Source: an uncultured bacterium (GTDB taxonomy: Bacteria; CSSED10-310; CAZUFC01). Taken from it: 31,838 nt of DNA. Location: the NCBI GenBank assembly GCA_964619725.1, contig CAZUFC010000098.1, forward strand, positions 1 through 31,838. The letters are read 5' to 3'. A program made the translations under genes and the position numbers. The notes beneath the pieces were generated by a model. That model saw only the letters and a list, made by a program, of their open reading frames with translations. It was not told the DNA's origin and ran no database searches. This document shows positions 19,801 to 27,297 of this stretch, piece after piece; position 1 is the stretch's first letter; each line of letters opens with the position of its first letter.

Positions 19801-21543
19801 GGTCACGGCTGGTACAGCACCACTGCATCCGCCATGGTGCAGCTCGTCATGTCCGGTTATACCTCCGAGGACTCGCTCTGGGAAGGCGCTGAAGATTACT
19901 TTGCAAATAACTGGACGACTTTCAGAAATTCCGACAATACTTACGGCATGTACGCTTTCGTCAAAGCCATGCGACTGGCTCAGCCCGATCCCGTTATTAC
20001 GCTGGAGGCTACCGGACTAGACTGGTATAACGACCCGGACGACGGCGTTAAACGTTTCCTGGTGGACGATCAACAGACCAACGGCAGTTGGAGCGGCGGA
20101 AGCTGGCCCTATTCAAGCGCCACGCTTTCCGTCCCCTGGTCGATTATCATGCTGAGTTCAGCCCTCTTCACCAGGCCGCCGGTCGCCGTCATCAAAGTGG
20201 ACGGTTCAAGCGTATCAGAGATGTATTGGGGCCAGGGCATAGAACTCTGCCTGGACGGTTCGGCTTCTTATCACCTCGATCCCACCAGGAGCATAGCCGA
20301 ATACGAGTGGGACCTGGATGAAGACGGTGAATTCGACGACTGCGCTGAAGCTGATTGTTGCGCGACCTGGAGCGAACTGGGCGATTATAACGTAGCCCTG
20401 AGAGTGACTGACAACAGTTCGCCGGAACAGCAGGACACCGCCGCATGCCTGATACACATTGTGGAACCGCCTCATGCGCCGTTTTCCGTCGTGGGAGGAC
20501 CCTATACCTGCACGGCGGGACTGGATTGCGAACTGGACGGCAGCGGTTCCTACGACATCGATCCGGGCGATGAAATAACCGAATGCTGGTGGGACCTGGA
20601 TGGACAACCCTGGAATTTCGATACTTACCAGGGCGGTCCCGAACTGGCGCAGATAACTCACGTATTCAATTCCCCGGGAACCGTTCAGATCGGGTTGAAA
20701 GTCTGGGATAACGGCGTGTTCAACGATGGCGTCAAAATGGACGACGACAGCTATACCTTCGTGGAAGTGGAAGCGAATATTGCGCCCGCAGCAGAAGCCG
20801 GCGGACCCTATCAGGTTAACGAGGGGACCGAACTGATCCTTGACGGCAGCGCTTCCTACGATCCGAACAACGATCCCATCACCTTCGCCTGGGACCTCGA
20901 CAACGACGGTCAGTACGACGATTCAACCGATATTCAACCCGCATATACCTGGATGGATAATGGAATTTACACGGTGGGACTGGAAGTTTCCGACTCATTG
21001 CTCCAGGGTTACGATACTGCCGATGTGACGGTGAACGACCTGGCTCCCACGGCACACATTTCAGGTTCCGGCAGCCTTTACGTGAATGAGGACGGGGCAT
21101 ACTCCGCCGCAGGCTCCTCTTCCTTCCCCGATGTCATTACCCTTTACGAATGGGATTGGAACTACGACGGGATGACATTCAATCCCTCCGGTGACCAGGG
21201 AATTGCTCAAACCCATGCCTGGCCGTCTGCAGGAACATTTGTCGCTGCGGTTAGAGTTACGGATGAAGACGGTTCCACAGACATTGACGATATGGAAGTG
21301 CACGTAATCGACCCGCCGACTTTTACTCCCACCAGAACACCGACCCAAACGCCCACTTCCACGTTGACTCCGACAGAAACTCTCACGCCCACAGTCACAA
21401 ATACGCCTACATTCGCATTCACCTCAACGCCTACAATGTCCCCTACGCCTCCGCCAATACCGAACCTCGGCACAAGCGGCATAGCCCTGCTTTTACTCCT
21501 CCTAGGATGTCTGCTCTCAACCGTCAGAAGGAATAAAGTCTGA
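13843..21543 (+). CDS. Large surface protein: FG-GAP/VCBS repeats, multiple PKD domains with inserted lectin-like domains, prenyltransferase/squalene-cyclase-like alpha barrel, IPTL-CTERM-like anchor
   Basis: Start moved to ATG 13843 (GGAG RBS, signal peptide MKRKREAFIL...VHG); DFDNDGDLD and DFNADGYQD repeats; PxADAGGPY...FDGSGS...YEWDFGDG PKD repeats; DEGLWYLHKAQ, GGWRY, DNSACQWA, QQTNGSW; ends IPNLG-hydrophobic-RRNKV. Confidence 0.9.
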   Translation: MKRKREAFILFLLMVVLTCTAGLVHGTVTVTWTTEPVTLTPTPEPTETIIPTLIPTATPTKIAWSDTYIIGTDDAGYIYYALSDGYGGFSGFSRIRRLPGFGTCRGAAINDFDNDGDLDLITGARVGSYTYLYFYENDGSERFFCRDMVGVYIGSSNLHDMTTADYNNDGLYDFIVNSSSASTYVFINNGDANFTMTELSLSSAGRGVDSADFNADGYQDFVRSIYSSGHVYVHSGNGDGTFDGGTQIYVAGSDPYGLTCGDFDNDGDADVIAIHGSNGDSYFIRNEGSGVWTDMGYMATLDPGNHSAYDAIDFNSDGYLDVLSCDYSGRDIYYYPGGAGVTFGTKIKINTSDTSSSTLGNSAAPYGQWPYPIPADQPRPEVSPAEQTIAKNGTAFFDGGASSDPGGGISSWEWTFGDGGSDGGSSSTSNQYIDEGIFVTRLKITDTDDNIAYAASRVIVEGDDPIADAGGPYILDESSALGGWFTVNFDGSGSYDTEGIVSYEWDTGAEFGDDFDGGASGAWVESSGTWNVVNDAYEQSDTGSSRARSYFSLGSDPYDDCRIDVDVTIFGGSGEEVIILFRGQDATNNYEMIFRGRGSEDVLLYRRINDGTASLLETDLLWTIENDTVYHLTVEAVGSEFRFLVDGELIMEYHGDTTFSAGWAGLCTYQTHAAFDNFTVTPLNMNGEQTVQQYQEGTYTASLTVTDGAGQSDTDAVSVICEKSDPPTADPGGPYVLTEAAADCGAWTLTYDGSDSGDDYGIYQYCWSFGTDGFDGMVINDRKWECSEGVTQNDELSVTGDGTWGHRYAFSAETYIRERGMYIQGKVKKSGSGYSMWGFKDAGSGMSYTDMPYAVYFNNATIQIYEDGAARGSKASISYDEWYDVRIELKETAGARYYLRPGGTTEWTLLHDSDHSSESPLRKGLTVRTGTTVIDDFEETAAGMTGQYVLYEDTTATLTVYDNAMQTDTDAASVELSEEALPAAEANGPYYADESSAVGGVWTVDFSAAGSTDDNGICRYEWDFGDTGTGTGENVSHGYAAADTYTATVTVYDHALQTDDDTATVEVTVNDPPVADAGPDQNLDENDAVMGQWTVQFDASGSTDDYGIYDYEWDFDDGGTGSGVEPTHVFDSTGVYNVVLTVRDNALQTDADTIVVTISANDMPVADAGGPYIADEEDAVDGYWELLLDGSASTDDVEIISWLWDLGVETFDGAWIDTAKWDVSSNVLQADQISMTGNGSWGARYLFSKARYPRAEGMYIQARVMSVSGHMMWGFGDSDGGFSYTEMPYAIYFNDSVLRIYEDGSSRGSFGNYSFNTWYDLKIELKTSGGALYYWKESGSPDWDLIYDSNHSSETPLRKGITVNSSTHYLDDFSQILAGETVTCRMYEEGDVTLIVYDNAQQTGSDTTQFTVQNAEGPTANAGGPYFSHLDVPVVFDGSGSSDDEGIVQYIWTFGDGAGGSGVKPIHTYTENPSGEMQWAVSATASSEYGNPNYGAIQAAGEPDVFNCGDNAKAWTTQQADMGLQWLELTYENEQQIDLVAVYETYNTGFVTRIDGYDELDQLTTIWTGSDTTFCPGVLHAEIDPPFTTDRIRIYCDTDVAGWNEVDAVRIVSYPDSQVSYTVNLTVYDTAGRSDTDSTQVYLDTAPLAICVPWQFQGVQEVPHPVWYEDTGRSTQTNTVRFKGTAKGIYTPLTYEWDFGDGASDGPHTVTDKYEIEATHQYTGVSEGQPITATLTITDSLGMTSVDTYPLQVQSKSLDVEADIAVDEGLWYLHKAQDRNPGASFGSWIYSSSYQASSTGSSIQAFEINGHLEIGDITEDPYVETVINGLRFMFTRLYAASIDVQTVGDPDTNGNGKGVSVDESRMIYQGGMVMDAIAASNSPDTVVETGSAFIIGQTYQTVLNDMLDMYAWGQDDSGSDRGGWRYDWQSGADNSACQWAAIGLLAAQDYFGIPIPEWVLTENDFWLNYSHNATYGTFGYTSSSAGGHGWYSTTASAMVQLVMSGYTSEDSLWEGAEDYFANNWTTFRNSDNTYGMYAFVKAMRLAQPDPVITLEATGLDWYNDPDDGVKRFLVDDQQTNGSWSGGSWPYSSATLSVPWSIIMLSSALFTRPPVAVIKVDGSSVSEMYWGQGIELCLDGSASYHLDPTRSIAEYEWDLDEDGEFDDCAEADCCATWSELGDYNVALRVTDNSSPEQQDTAACLIHIVEPPHAPFSVVGGPYTCTAGLDCELDGSGSYDIDPGDEITECWWDLDGQPWNFDTYQGGPELAQITHVFNSPGTVQIGLKVWDNGVFNDGVKMDDDSYTFVEVEANIAPAAEAGGPYQVNEGTELILDGSASYDPNNDPITFAWDLDNDGQYDDSTDIQPAYTWMDNGIYTVGLEVSDSLLQGYDTADVTVNDLAPTAHISGSGSLYVNEDGAYSAAGSSSFPDVITLYEWDWNYDGMTFNPSGDQGIAQTHAWPSAGTFVAAVRVTDEDGSTDIDDMEVHVIDPPTFTPTRTPTQTPTSTLTPTETLTPTVTNTPTFAFTSTPTMSPTPPPIPNLGTSGIALLLLLLGCLLSTVRRNKV

Positions 21544-21551
21544 AAATTCAC

Positions 21552-21592
21552 CCGCCGGAGTCGATTGTTTTCTCTACGGTCGACTCCGGCGG
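21552..21592 (+). terminator. Hairpin just after the PKD gene stop
   Basis: Perfect 13-bp stem CCGCCGGAGTCGA-N15-TCGACTCCGGCGG, 8 bp after TGA; weak U-tract. Confidence 0.6.
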
Positions 21593-22000
21593 TTGCAATA
21601 AATGAAGGGTATTCATCATCTGGGGCTTCGCTTGCCGCGGATAACACGGATTCCATTGATGAAAAGTATATTACCGCAAATACCGGGCTGCATATTTCGC
21701 AGCGACGATTATCCTGGCCGTTCTCGTTATCCTGACGGTTATCGAAATCCCGGGATCATCCCGGGGCCAAGAAAGCGAGCGTGTTTTCCGCAACGGCCGG
21801 AGGATGTCAGGGGCTTTCTGGAAGGCGGCTTAATGTCGGTGATAATTTAATATTATTTCAGGCGTCATACTTTCGTTATCGATGGGACGTTTGCAGAGCT
21901 TCTTCTTGCCTTAACCAGTGACAACCTTCAAAAAGGAATTGAAAAACTGCAGTTATGCAAGTCAGTGTTTTATATGTCTTGATGGTCTGAGGAATAATCT

Positions 22001-22321
22001 TTAAAACAACGGGAATCCCAGGGCAAACTTAATCGCTTTCTCCGCTTCTTTAAGTTTTTCACTTTTCAATTGAGTTATATATGCGCCGATTTTCACCTTT
22101 GATACCGTCTGAATATGGTCGAAATTTATCGCACAGCTTTTCGGCATCCCATCCTCTTCCGACAGAAAAACCTCAGATGGGATTTCTCTTATATTTGTCG
22201 TAACGGGTGCAATCGTTGCTTCACCCAGGAATTCAAGCGCAGAATCTCGGGTCAGAATCAGAACCGGTCTCTTTTTATCCGGCTTTGAAAATTTGTACCA
22301 GCGGATTTCTCCACGTTTCAT
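22001..22321 (-). CDS. mazF: Type II toxin, PemK/MazF family endoribonuclease
   Basis: MKRGEIRW...DKKRPVLILTRD...IAPVT...DHIQTVSK...AIKFALG. Its start overlaps the antitoxin stop (TGATG). Confidence 0.92.
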   Translation of the reverse strand: MKRGEIRWYKFSKPDKKRPVLILTRDSALEFLGEATIAPVTTNIREIPSEVFLSEEDGMPKSCAINFDHIQTVSKVKIGAYITQLKSEKLKEAEKAIKFALGFPLF

Positions 22322-22551
22322 CAGTCAGCCCATACCTGTTCAGCTTCCCATTCGCTGAATTCATCTTGCCTGACCGGCAGCTTTTTATAGCCATGGCGAT
22401 GCTTACGTTCCATCTCCTCTATTTCAAGTTTTTCAACCGCTTTTCTGAGAGCTTCTCTCGTAAACGCGGAACGGGTTGTCCCCAACCGTTTGACCGCTTT
22501 ATCCACCATTTCGATAAGCTCTTCATCCAAAGTCATTTGAAGGGTTTTCAT
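22321..22551 (-). CDS. Ribbon-helix-helix (CopG-like) antitoxin
   Basis: MKTLQMTLDEELIEMVD...TTRSAFTREALR...HRHGY...EFSEWE. Start at ATG 22551 with GGGAG RBS; directly upstream of the toxin. Confidence 0.9.
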   Translation of the reverse strand: MKTLQMTLDEELIEMVDKAVKRLGTTRSAFTREALRKAVEKLEIEEMERKHRHGYKKLPVRQDEFSEWEAEQVWAD

Positions 22552-22617
22552 GTTTGTTTTCTCCCGTAACGACATGCATGGTTAACGACAATGACTATTG
22601 CCGTCATCATCATACTT

Positions 22618-22646
22618 ATTATAAATCCACATAGGCTTAAACACAA
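22618..22646 (-). promoter_or_regulatory. Candidate promoter of the toxin-antitoxin operon
   Basis: TTGTGT-N17-TATAAT on the minus strand, ~65 bp upstream of the antitoxin start. Confidence 0.45.
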
Positions 22647-22838
22647 ATGGGATTGGTCATACAGATGTAATAATTTGTGTCGGCAGAAAAAAATTATTGA
22701 CTGAATTCTCCATTGAAAAGGTGATAAAAGGCAAGAAGCTCAGACGAAAGAGGATTTCATATAAATAAATCGATAAGTTAAGGGTGATCTGCAGAAGTCG
22801 GAAACATACGCGAGAAATCTGGTGGATTTTGAAATTTC

Positions 22839-23023
22839 GGGACTGATCAGATCGGGGTTACACTTCTTTCAAAACTTTTTACGGTTTGTTTCAGTAATCG
22901 GGTTCGGTATCGGGGTCGGGGTCGGTATCGGAATCGGGTTTGCAATCGGAATCGCAATCGCTACAAAATGAGTAGATATTCTGCAGGATTGTAACCTCAA
23001 AAGACGCACTTTTGATCAATGCC
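22839..23023 (-). mobile_element. MITE-like repeat copy 3 (185 bp, 11 hexamers) with perfect 8-bp target-site duplication
   Basis: Reverse complement of copy 2; GAAATTTC at both 22831-22838 and 23024-23031. Confidence 0.9.
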
Positions 23024-23184
23024 GAAATTTCCTTGCTTTGTTTTGAGTAAAACCGGTTTTTTCGAAATGCGGAAGCGGCATGCTGTCGCGTTCAGATCAG
23101 CTTTATGCAAATCCAAGCGCAAATTTGCCGCCGATGGCGTTAATAACATCTGTCTGGCATTCGGCATCGGAAGACGAGTAAATC

Positions 23185-23703
23185 ATGCAACAAGAAAATT
23201 TATCAGCGAATGGTCGCCAGGAGGATTCCAGAACGGTATGTGCCGCTTCAATGGACGGTTTGACCGAGACTGAGGCAACAGAAACCCGCCGTAAAGCTGC
23301 TGTAATGTACACGCTTCACGCATTGTTTCTGGCCGGTTTCACCATACTGAACACGGCCATTCTCATTTTCGCAGAAAAAAATGACCTGATCGGATTCCCG
23401 ATGACTGTCGACAGGGCCAGGTATATGTTTCAAGTGCGACTGGTACATTTTTTACTGACCGCAGCAACGACTGCTGCCGTCGTCTCTTACACGGCAAACT
23501 CGACCAGACGGAAACTTCAAAAAAAATCCCTCCTCCGCTCAATCGCCTTTTTTGCAGTCATGCTGGTTATTCTGACCCTTCCGGTTTCAGATTACTTCAT
23601 GAATGAATACGCCAATTCCATTTATTTCTGGATACTGAACCTGTGTTCACTGGCCTTGCTTGGAGTATTGTCCGGGAAATACGCCTTGAAATATTTGGGA
23701 TGA
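23185..23703 (+). CDS. Hypothetical membrane protein (~4 TM helices); start may be ATG 23305
   Basis: Four hydrophobic segments separated by basic loops; no family recognised. Confidence 0.65.
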   Translation: MQQENLSANGRQEDSRTVCAASMDGLTETEATETRRKAAVMYTLHALFLAGFTILNTAILIFAEKNDLIGFPMTVDRARYMFQVRLVHFLLTAATTAAVVSYTANSTRRKLQKKSLLRSIAFFAVMLVILTLPVSDYFMNEYANSIYFWILNLCSLALLGVLSGKYALKYLG

Positions 23704-23717
23704 CGGTTTTAATTTAG

Positions 23718-23753
23718 GGCATTGATCAAATATCCCTGTTTCGCGGTTACAAT
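23718..23753 (+). repeat. Isolated left end of the MITE-like repeat (copy 4)
   Basis: GGCATTGATCAAATATCCCTGTTTCGCGGTTACAAT. Confidence 0.7.
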
Positions 23754-23791
23754 TTTCCCAACCTTGAACAATTGAGAAGCCTTGAAAATCT

Positions 23792-23951
23792 GGCATTGAT
23801 CAAAAATGGGGCTTTTGATGTTACAATTCGACAGAATATCCATCATTTTGTTCCGATCACGATACCGGCCCCGATACCTATACTGAGCCCGATTACTGAA
23901 ACATACCGTTGAAAGTTTTGAAAGAAGCGTAACGCCGGTTTGACCAGTCCC
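23792..23951 (+). mobile_element. MITE-like repeat copy 5 (160 bp, 7 hexamers)
   Basis: Both ends present; flanks GAAAATCT and AAAAATTT match at 6 of 8 positions (possibly a decayed duplication). Confidence 0.85.
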
Positions 23952-24381
23952 AAAAATTTAGGAAGAGGGAAATTTCAGTCGAATGTGAACGGTTCGCTCG
24001 GAATCTATGGTCGTTGAACATATCCATATATGGCGCTTCCTTCTTTGAAACCAGGATTTATCTTGTACAGAGATATACTATCCTGAGCCCTGACAATTTC
24101 CAGTATTTCCAGAAACTAATTGATTTGGAAAACAAAGTTCACCGCCGGAAACATCTTTTGCGCTGAAGATAAATCTGAAATCAGGTAAAAAAGGTTATGC
24201 CGGATATATGGGGATAGGGCAGGGAGGAACAGTCCTGTGTGCAGCGGCAACGAGGTCCGGCGACAAATTCGAGTTGCTGATTCTGACCGTGATTCCTTTC
24301 GAGTATGACTTGATTTCGTTTAAAAAGGCAAGGGCATATCAAAAAATGATGGAATACGAACCGGTTTGCGTTATGGAAAAG

Positions 24382-26217
24382 CTATTTCGAGCGGTATACT
24401 GCGAGCTTTTTTCGACGGCGGTTAAATATTATTGATTTTACCTGGAGCCCCAATTTCCTGGTATCTTCATTAATATCTAATTGTTTGGGTATTGCGGCAT
24501 TTGATTTAATGGTGATGAGCATTCCCTGGTTTTCACAGCGGTCTGACAACGGCAGAGTAACGACCGACCATTCCGATGCAGGCAGTTTTTTTTCCAGGAT
24601 TTTTTGATTATTTTTGAACAGGGTGACGCGTCGGCTTCCCGGCAAAATGGGCCTTAGTTCAATTTCAAGGCTCCCCTCCATTCCCGGCAGACCGATAAAT
24701 ATTTCTGCGGAACCGTCCGTCCATCTGAAGGTATCTGGAGTCATCCGCTCCGGGAAATGCCAGCCCTTGCCCAGATGGACTCCTTCCGTTTCAATGTCTT
24801 GATCAGACCTGGGAGCAAACGCGATTAATTCTCTCAGGCCGATCACAGCATCCAGCAAATCGCGTAATTTTTCATTTTGTGCGCGCAAATCGGGATTCAT
24901 TTCGTACCAATAGTCATTCATATTCCGGGGACCTCCAATGCGGGATTTTTTCTGCGGCGTTTTTTCTGCAGTGGGCGATGAGTATGAGACGTCATTTTTG
25001 AGCCAATATTCATTGACCGATGGGAGGTGTTTATATTGTTTGTAAATAAGGGTTCCCGGAAAGGGGATGAGGAAACCGGCATAAAAATGATCGACCAGGG
25101 GTTCAATTTCCCGGACCATTTCTATGGTAGCTTTGACGTCTTCAGGTGTTTCCCAGGGATAACCCAGGATGAAATTCGCTCCTATGTGGATTCCTTGTTC
25201 CCTGACCATTTTCAGTTTCCTCAGAATGTCGTTGCGGGTGAAATCTTTCTGTATCCTTTTCAGCGTGATGTCCGAGCCGCTTTCGATGCCGAAGTTCATA
25301 TTGGTCGCTCCCGCCTGACGCAGGATCGCGCATAATTCTGCGTCGATCATATCCAGCCGGGAAACCAGGCCGAAGAAAATACGGTCCAGGTCGGGATGAG
25401 TTTCAATTTTGCGACAGATATCGATCGCCCTGTTTCGATTGACCGTAAAAACGTCGTCCAGGAAATAAAAATTCGATATGCCGTATTTACGTCTTAAATC
25501 CGTCATTTCGCTGATCACGCGTTCGGGCGAATGCAATCGCACTCGCCTGCCGAATACGACGCGGGAACAGAACGTGCACCGTCCCGGACAACCCCTTCCT
25601 GTAATGAGGTTCCCGTGAATCCGGTCATGATTTACGGAATCTTCAGCATACCATTCGGGATCAAAAAGATCATAAGCCGGTTGCGGAATCGTGTCTAAAT
25701 CGCGGACAGGTTTTGCCGGCGTGTTTTTTATGACTCTTCCGTCAGAGTCCCGCCATACCGTACCCCTGACGGTGTTGTACCCGGCGCCGGACAACAATGC
25801 TTCAGCAAGTTCTGAAAAAACAAACTCTCCTTCGCCTCTGACGACGAAATCAGCGCCGTGATCCAGCGTTTCTTCAGGGAAAATAGTCGGATGCGGCCCG
25901 CCGGCGACAATAGGGACGCCCAGCTCTTTCAACGCCCGGACCGTGCGATACGCTTCCGATACGAACGGCGTCATGATTGTAACCCCTATTAAATCGGGCT
26001 TGCGATCTTGCGCTTCCTCAAGTATGCGATCCGCTCCGTATACGTTCATGCAGGCTGAACCATCGATTATGGATACGTCGTGGCCGGCTTTACGGAGCAT
26101 CCCCGCCAGGTAAGCCAGAGATAAAGGGATTGACCTGTGAAGATGCTCAGCGGACAGAGGATTTATCAGTAATATTCTTTTCCGTTTTTTCCTGAAACGA
26201 TGGAAAATACTTTTCAT
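24382..26217 (-). CDS. Cobalamin-binding radical SAM protein with an extra C-terminal beta-sandwich-like domain
   Basis: ILLINP...PLSLAYLA...IVAGGPHPT...VVRGEGE; TGRGCPGRCTFC (CxxxCxxC); DDVFT, GIESG, FILGYPWET, PFPGT. Alternative TTG start at 26247. Confidence 0.92.
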   Translation of the reverse strand: MKSIFHRFRKKRKRILLINPLSAEHLHRSIPLSLAYLAGMLRKAGHDVSIIDGSACMNVYGADRILEEAQDRKPDLIGVTIMTPFVSEAYRTVRALKELGVPIVAGGPHPTIFPEETLDHGADFVVRGEGEFVFSELAEALLSGAGYNTVRGTVWRDSDGRVIKNTPAKPVRDLDTIPQPAYDLFDPEWYAEDSVNHDRIHGNLITGRGCPGRCTFCSRVVFGRRVRLHSPERVISEMTDLRRKYGISNFYFLDDVFTVNRNRAIDICRKIETHPDLDRIFFGLVSRLDMIDAELCAILRQAGATNMNFGIESGSDITLKRIQKDFTRNDILRKLKMVREQGIHIGANFILGYPWETPEDVKATIEMVREIEPLVDHFYAGFLIPFPGTLIYKQYKHLPSVNEYWLKNDVSYSSPTAEKTPQKKSRIGGPRNMNDYWYEMNPDLRAQNEKLRDLLDAVIGLRELIAFAPRSDQDIETEGVHLGKGWHFPERMTPDTFRWTDGSAEIFIGLPGMEGSLEIELRPILPGSRRVTLFKNNQKILEKKLPASEWSVVTLPLSDRCENQGMLITIKSNAAIPKQLDINEDTRKLGLQVKSIIFNRRRKKLAVYRSK

Positions 26218-26440
26218 CTTAATTACTCGTGTCCGCTGTGAATCCAAGGTAATTTTCTTTTTTCATAGAATGAATTGACGTTCAGACGCTGGTAAATCAG
26301 TTGCGACCCCGCTTATCATGCATCATGCTGTTTTCAGCCCGGGATGCAAGGAAACTGAATTATTTCCATCATAATATTCACATAAAAGTTTTAGGGCTGT
26401 CAATCAACGGACCCGCAAGCGGGGGACTTTTTTTACTTGC

Positions 26441-26615
26441 TTTTTGTCCATAAACGGCGAATTTTTCCTAATACTGCGTCAGGCTGCGGTTTTGCTCAGT
26501 CAACGTATAAGCAATAATCCGCTTCCGCCATGGCTTCAGCGTGAAAGGAGCTCCACCTTCGCAAATCCTTGCCCTGCTTTTCTTAAGAAAAATTCGCTCG
26601 TTTATGAATCAAAAA
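26441..26615. repeat. Long imperfect palindrome (REP/MITE-like)
   Basis: Arms TTTTTGTCCATAAACGGCGAATTTTTCCTAA and TTAAGAAAAATTCGCTCGTTTATGAATCAAAAA are near reverse complements over ~31 bp. Confidence 0.7.
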
Positions 26616-26640
26616 CTCGCATTGCATGCCCAACAGCAAA

Positions 26641-26794
26641 ATTTGTATCGATTTCATTTGCGATTACGAACCCGATTCCGATACCGATGAAGACCCCGAT
26701 ATCGATCCCGATGCCGACTCCGATATCGACCCCCAATACTGAAAAAAACTGTCAAAAGTTTTGAAAGAAGTGTAACCCCAGTTTGATCAGTCCC
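26641..26794 (+). mobile_element. MITE-like repeat copy 6, 5'-truncated, ~13 hexamers
   Basis: Hexamer array followed by CTGAAA...AAAAGTTTTGAAAGAAGTGTAACCCCAGTTTGATCAGTCCC. Confidence 0.8.
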
Positions 26795-27297
26795 CGGAAA
26801 AAATTGACCTGATCGAGCTTCAATTTTTTATTCCGAACGCTGCGCAAGTTCCGTGACTTCGAAAAGCGGCGAATCCATTTATGAAGCGCACGTAGATGCG
26901 GTTATCCACAATTACAATGAGAAGATCAGGGACCTGGCGCTGCTTTATCATGCGGAGCGAGAGTTAAAGCTGTTGGGTTTGGCCGAGCATTTAATCGATT
27001 GAGGATATTCGGGATTTTGCAGGGGGATTGGTCTGATTGAGGATGCAGAATCATTGTTTGTCATGTTGAACCAGTTATGATACTTTTCAGATCACAGCAA
27101 ACGAGTCGAAGGGGAGCCGATGATGAATCTGTCGGGTGAATGGAAGATTTTTTTCAATGATGTCCAACGGGTGCGCCGTCAGGTTCGGTCTTCTTCCAAC
27201 CTTTGAAATGCATCGAACATGTAATTGAGTTTTCAGGACGATTCAAATTTCCGTTTCAGCCTTATGTCTACGGTAGCGTAATAGAAAAAAATAATTC

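Noticed and set aside
21602-21850. 82-aa ORF after the PKD gene
   Set aside because: No RBS or recognisable features; cannot be supported.
26399-26430. GTCAATCAAC...CCCGCAAGCGGGGGACTT as an IS200/IS605 or omegaRNA end
   Set aside because: The resemblance is loose and no tnpA, tnpB or iscB follows.
26444-26764. 106-aa ORF with PIPIP repeats
   Set aside because: It is a translation of the palindrome and the MITE hexamer array.
109-26794. Dispersed repeats as a CRISPR array or integron attC sites
   Set aside because: There is no regular repeat-spacer period, no cas or integrase gene, orientations are mixed, and the RYYYAAC...GTTRRRY order is absent.
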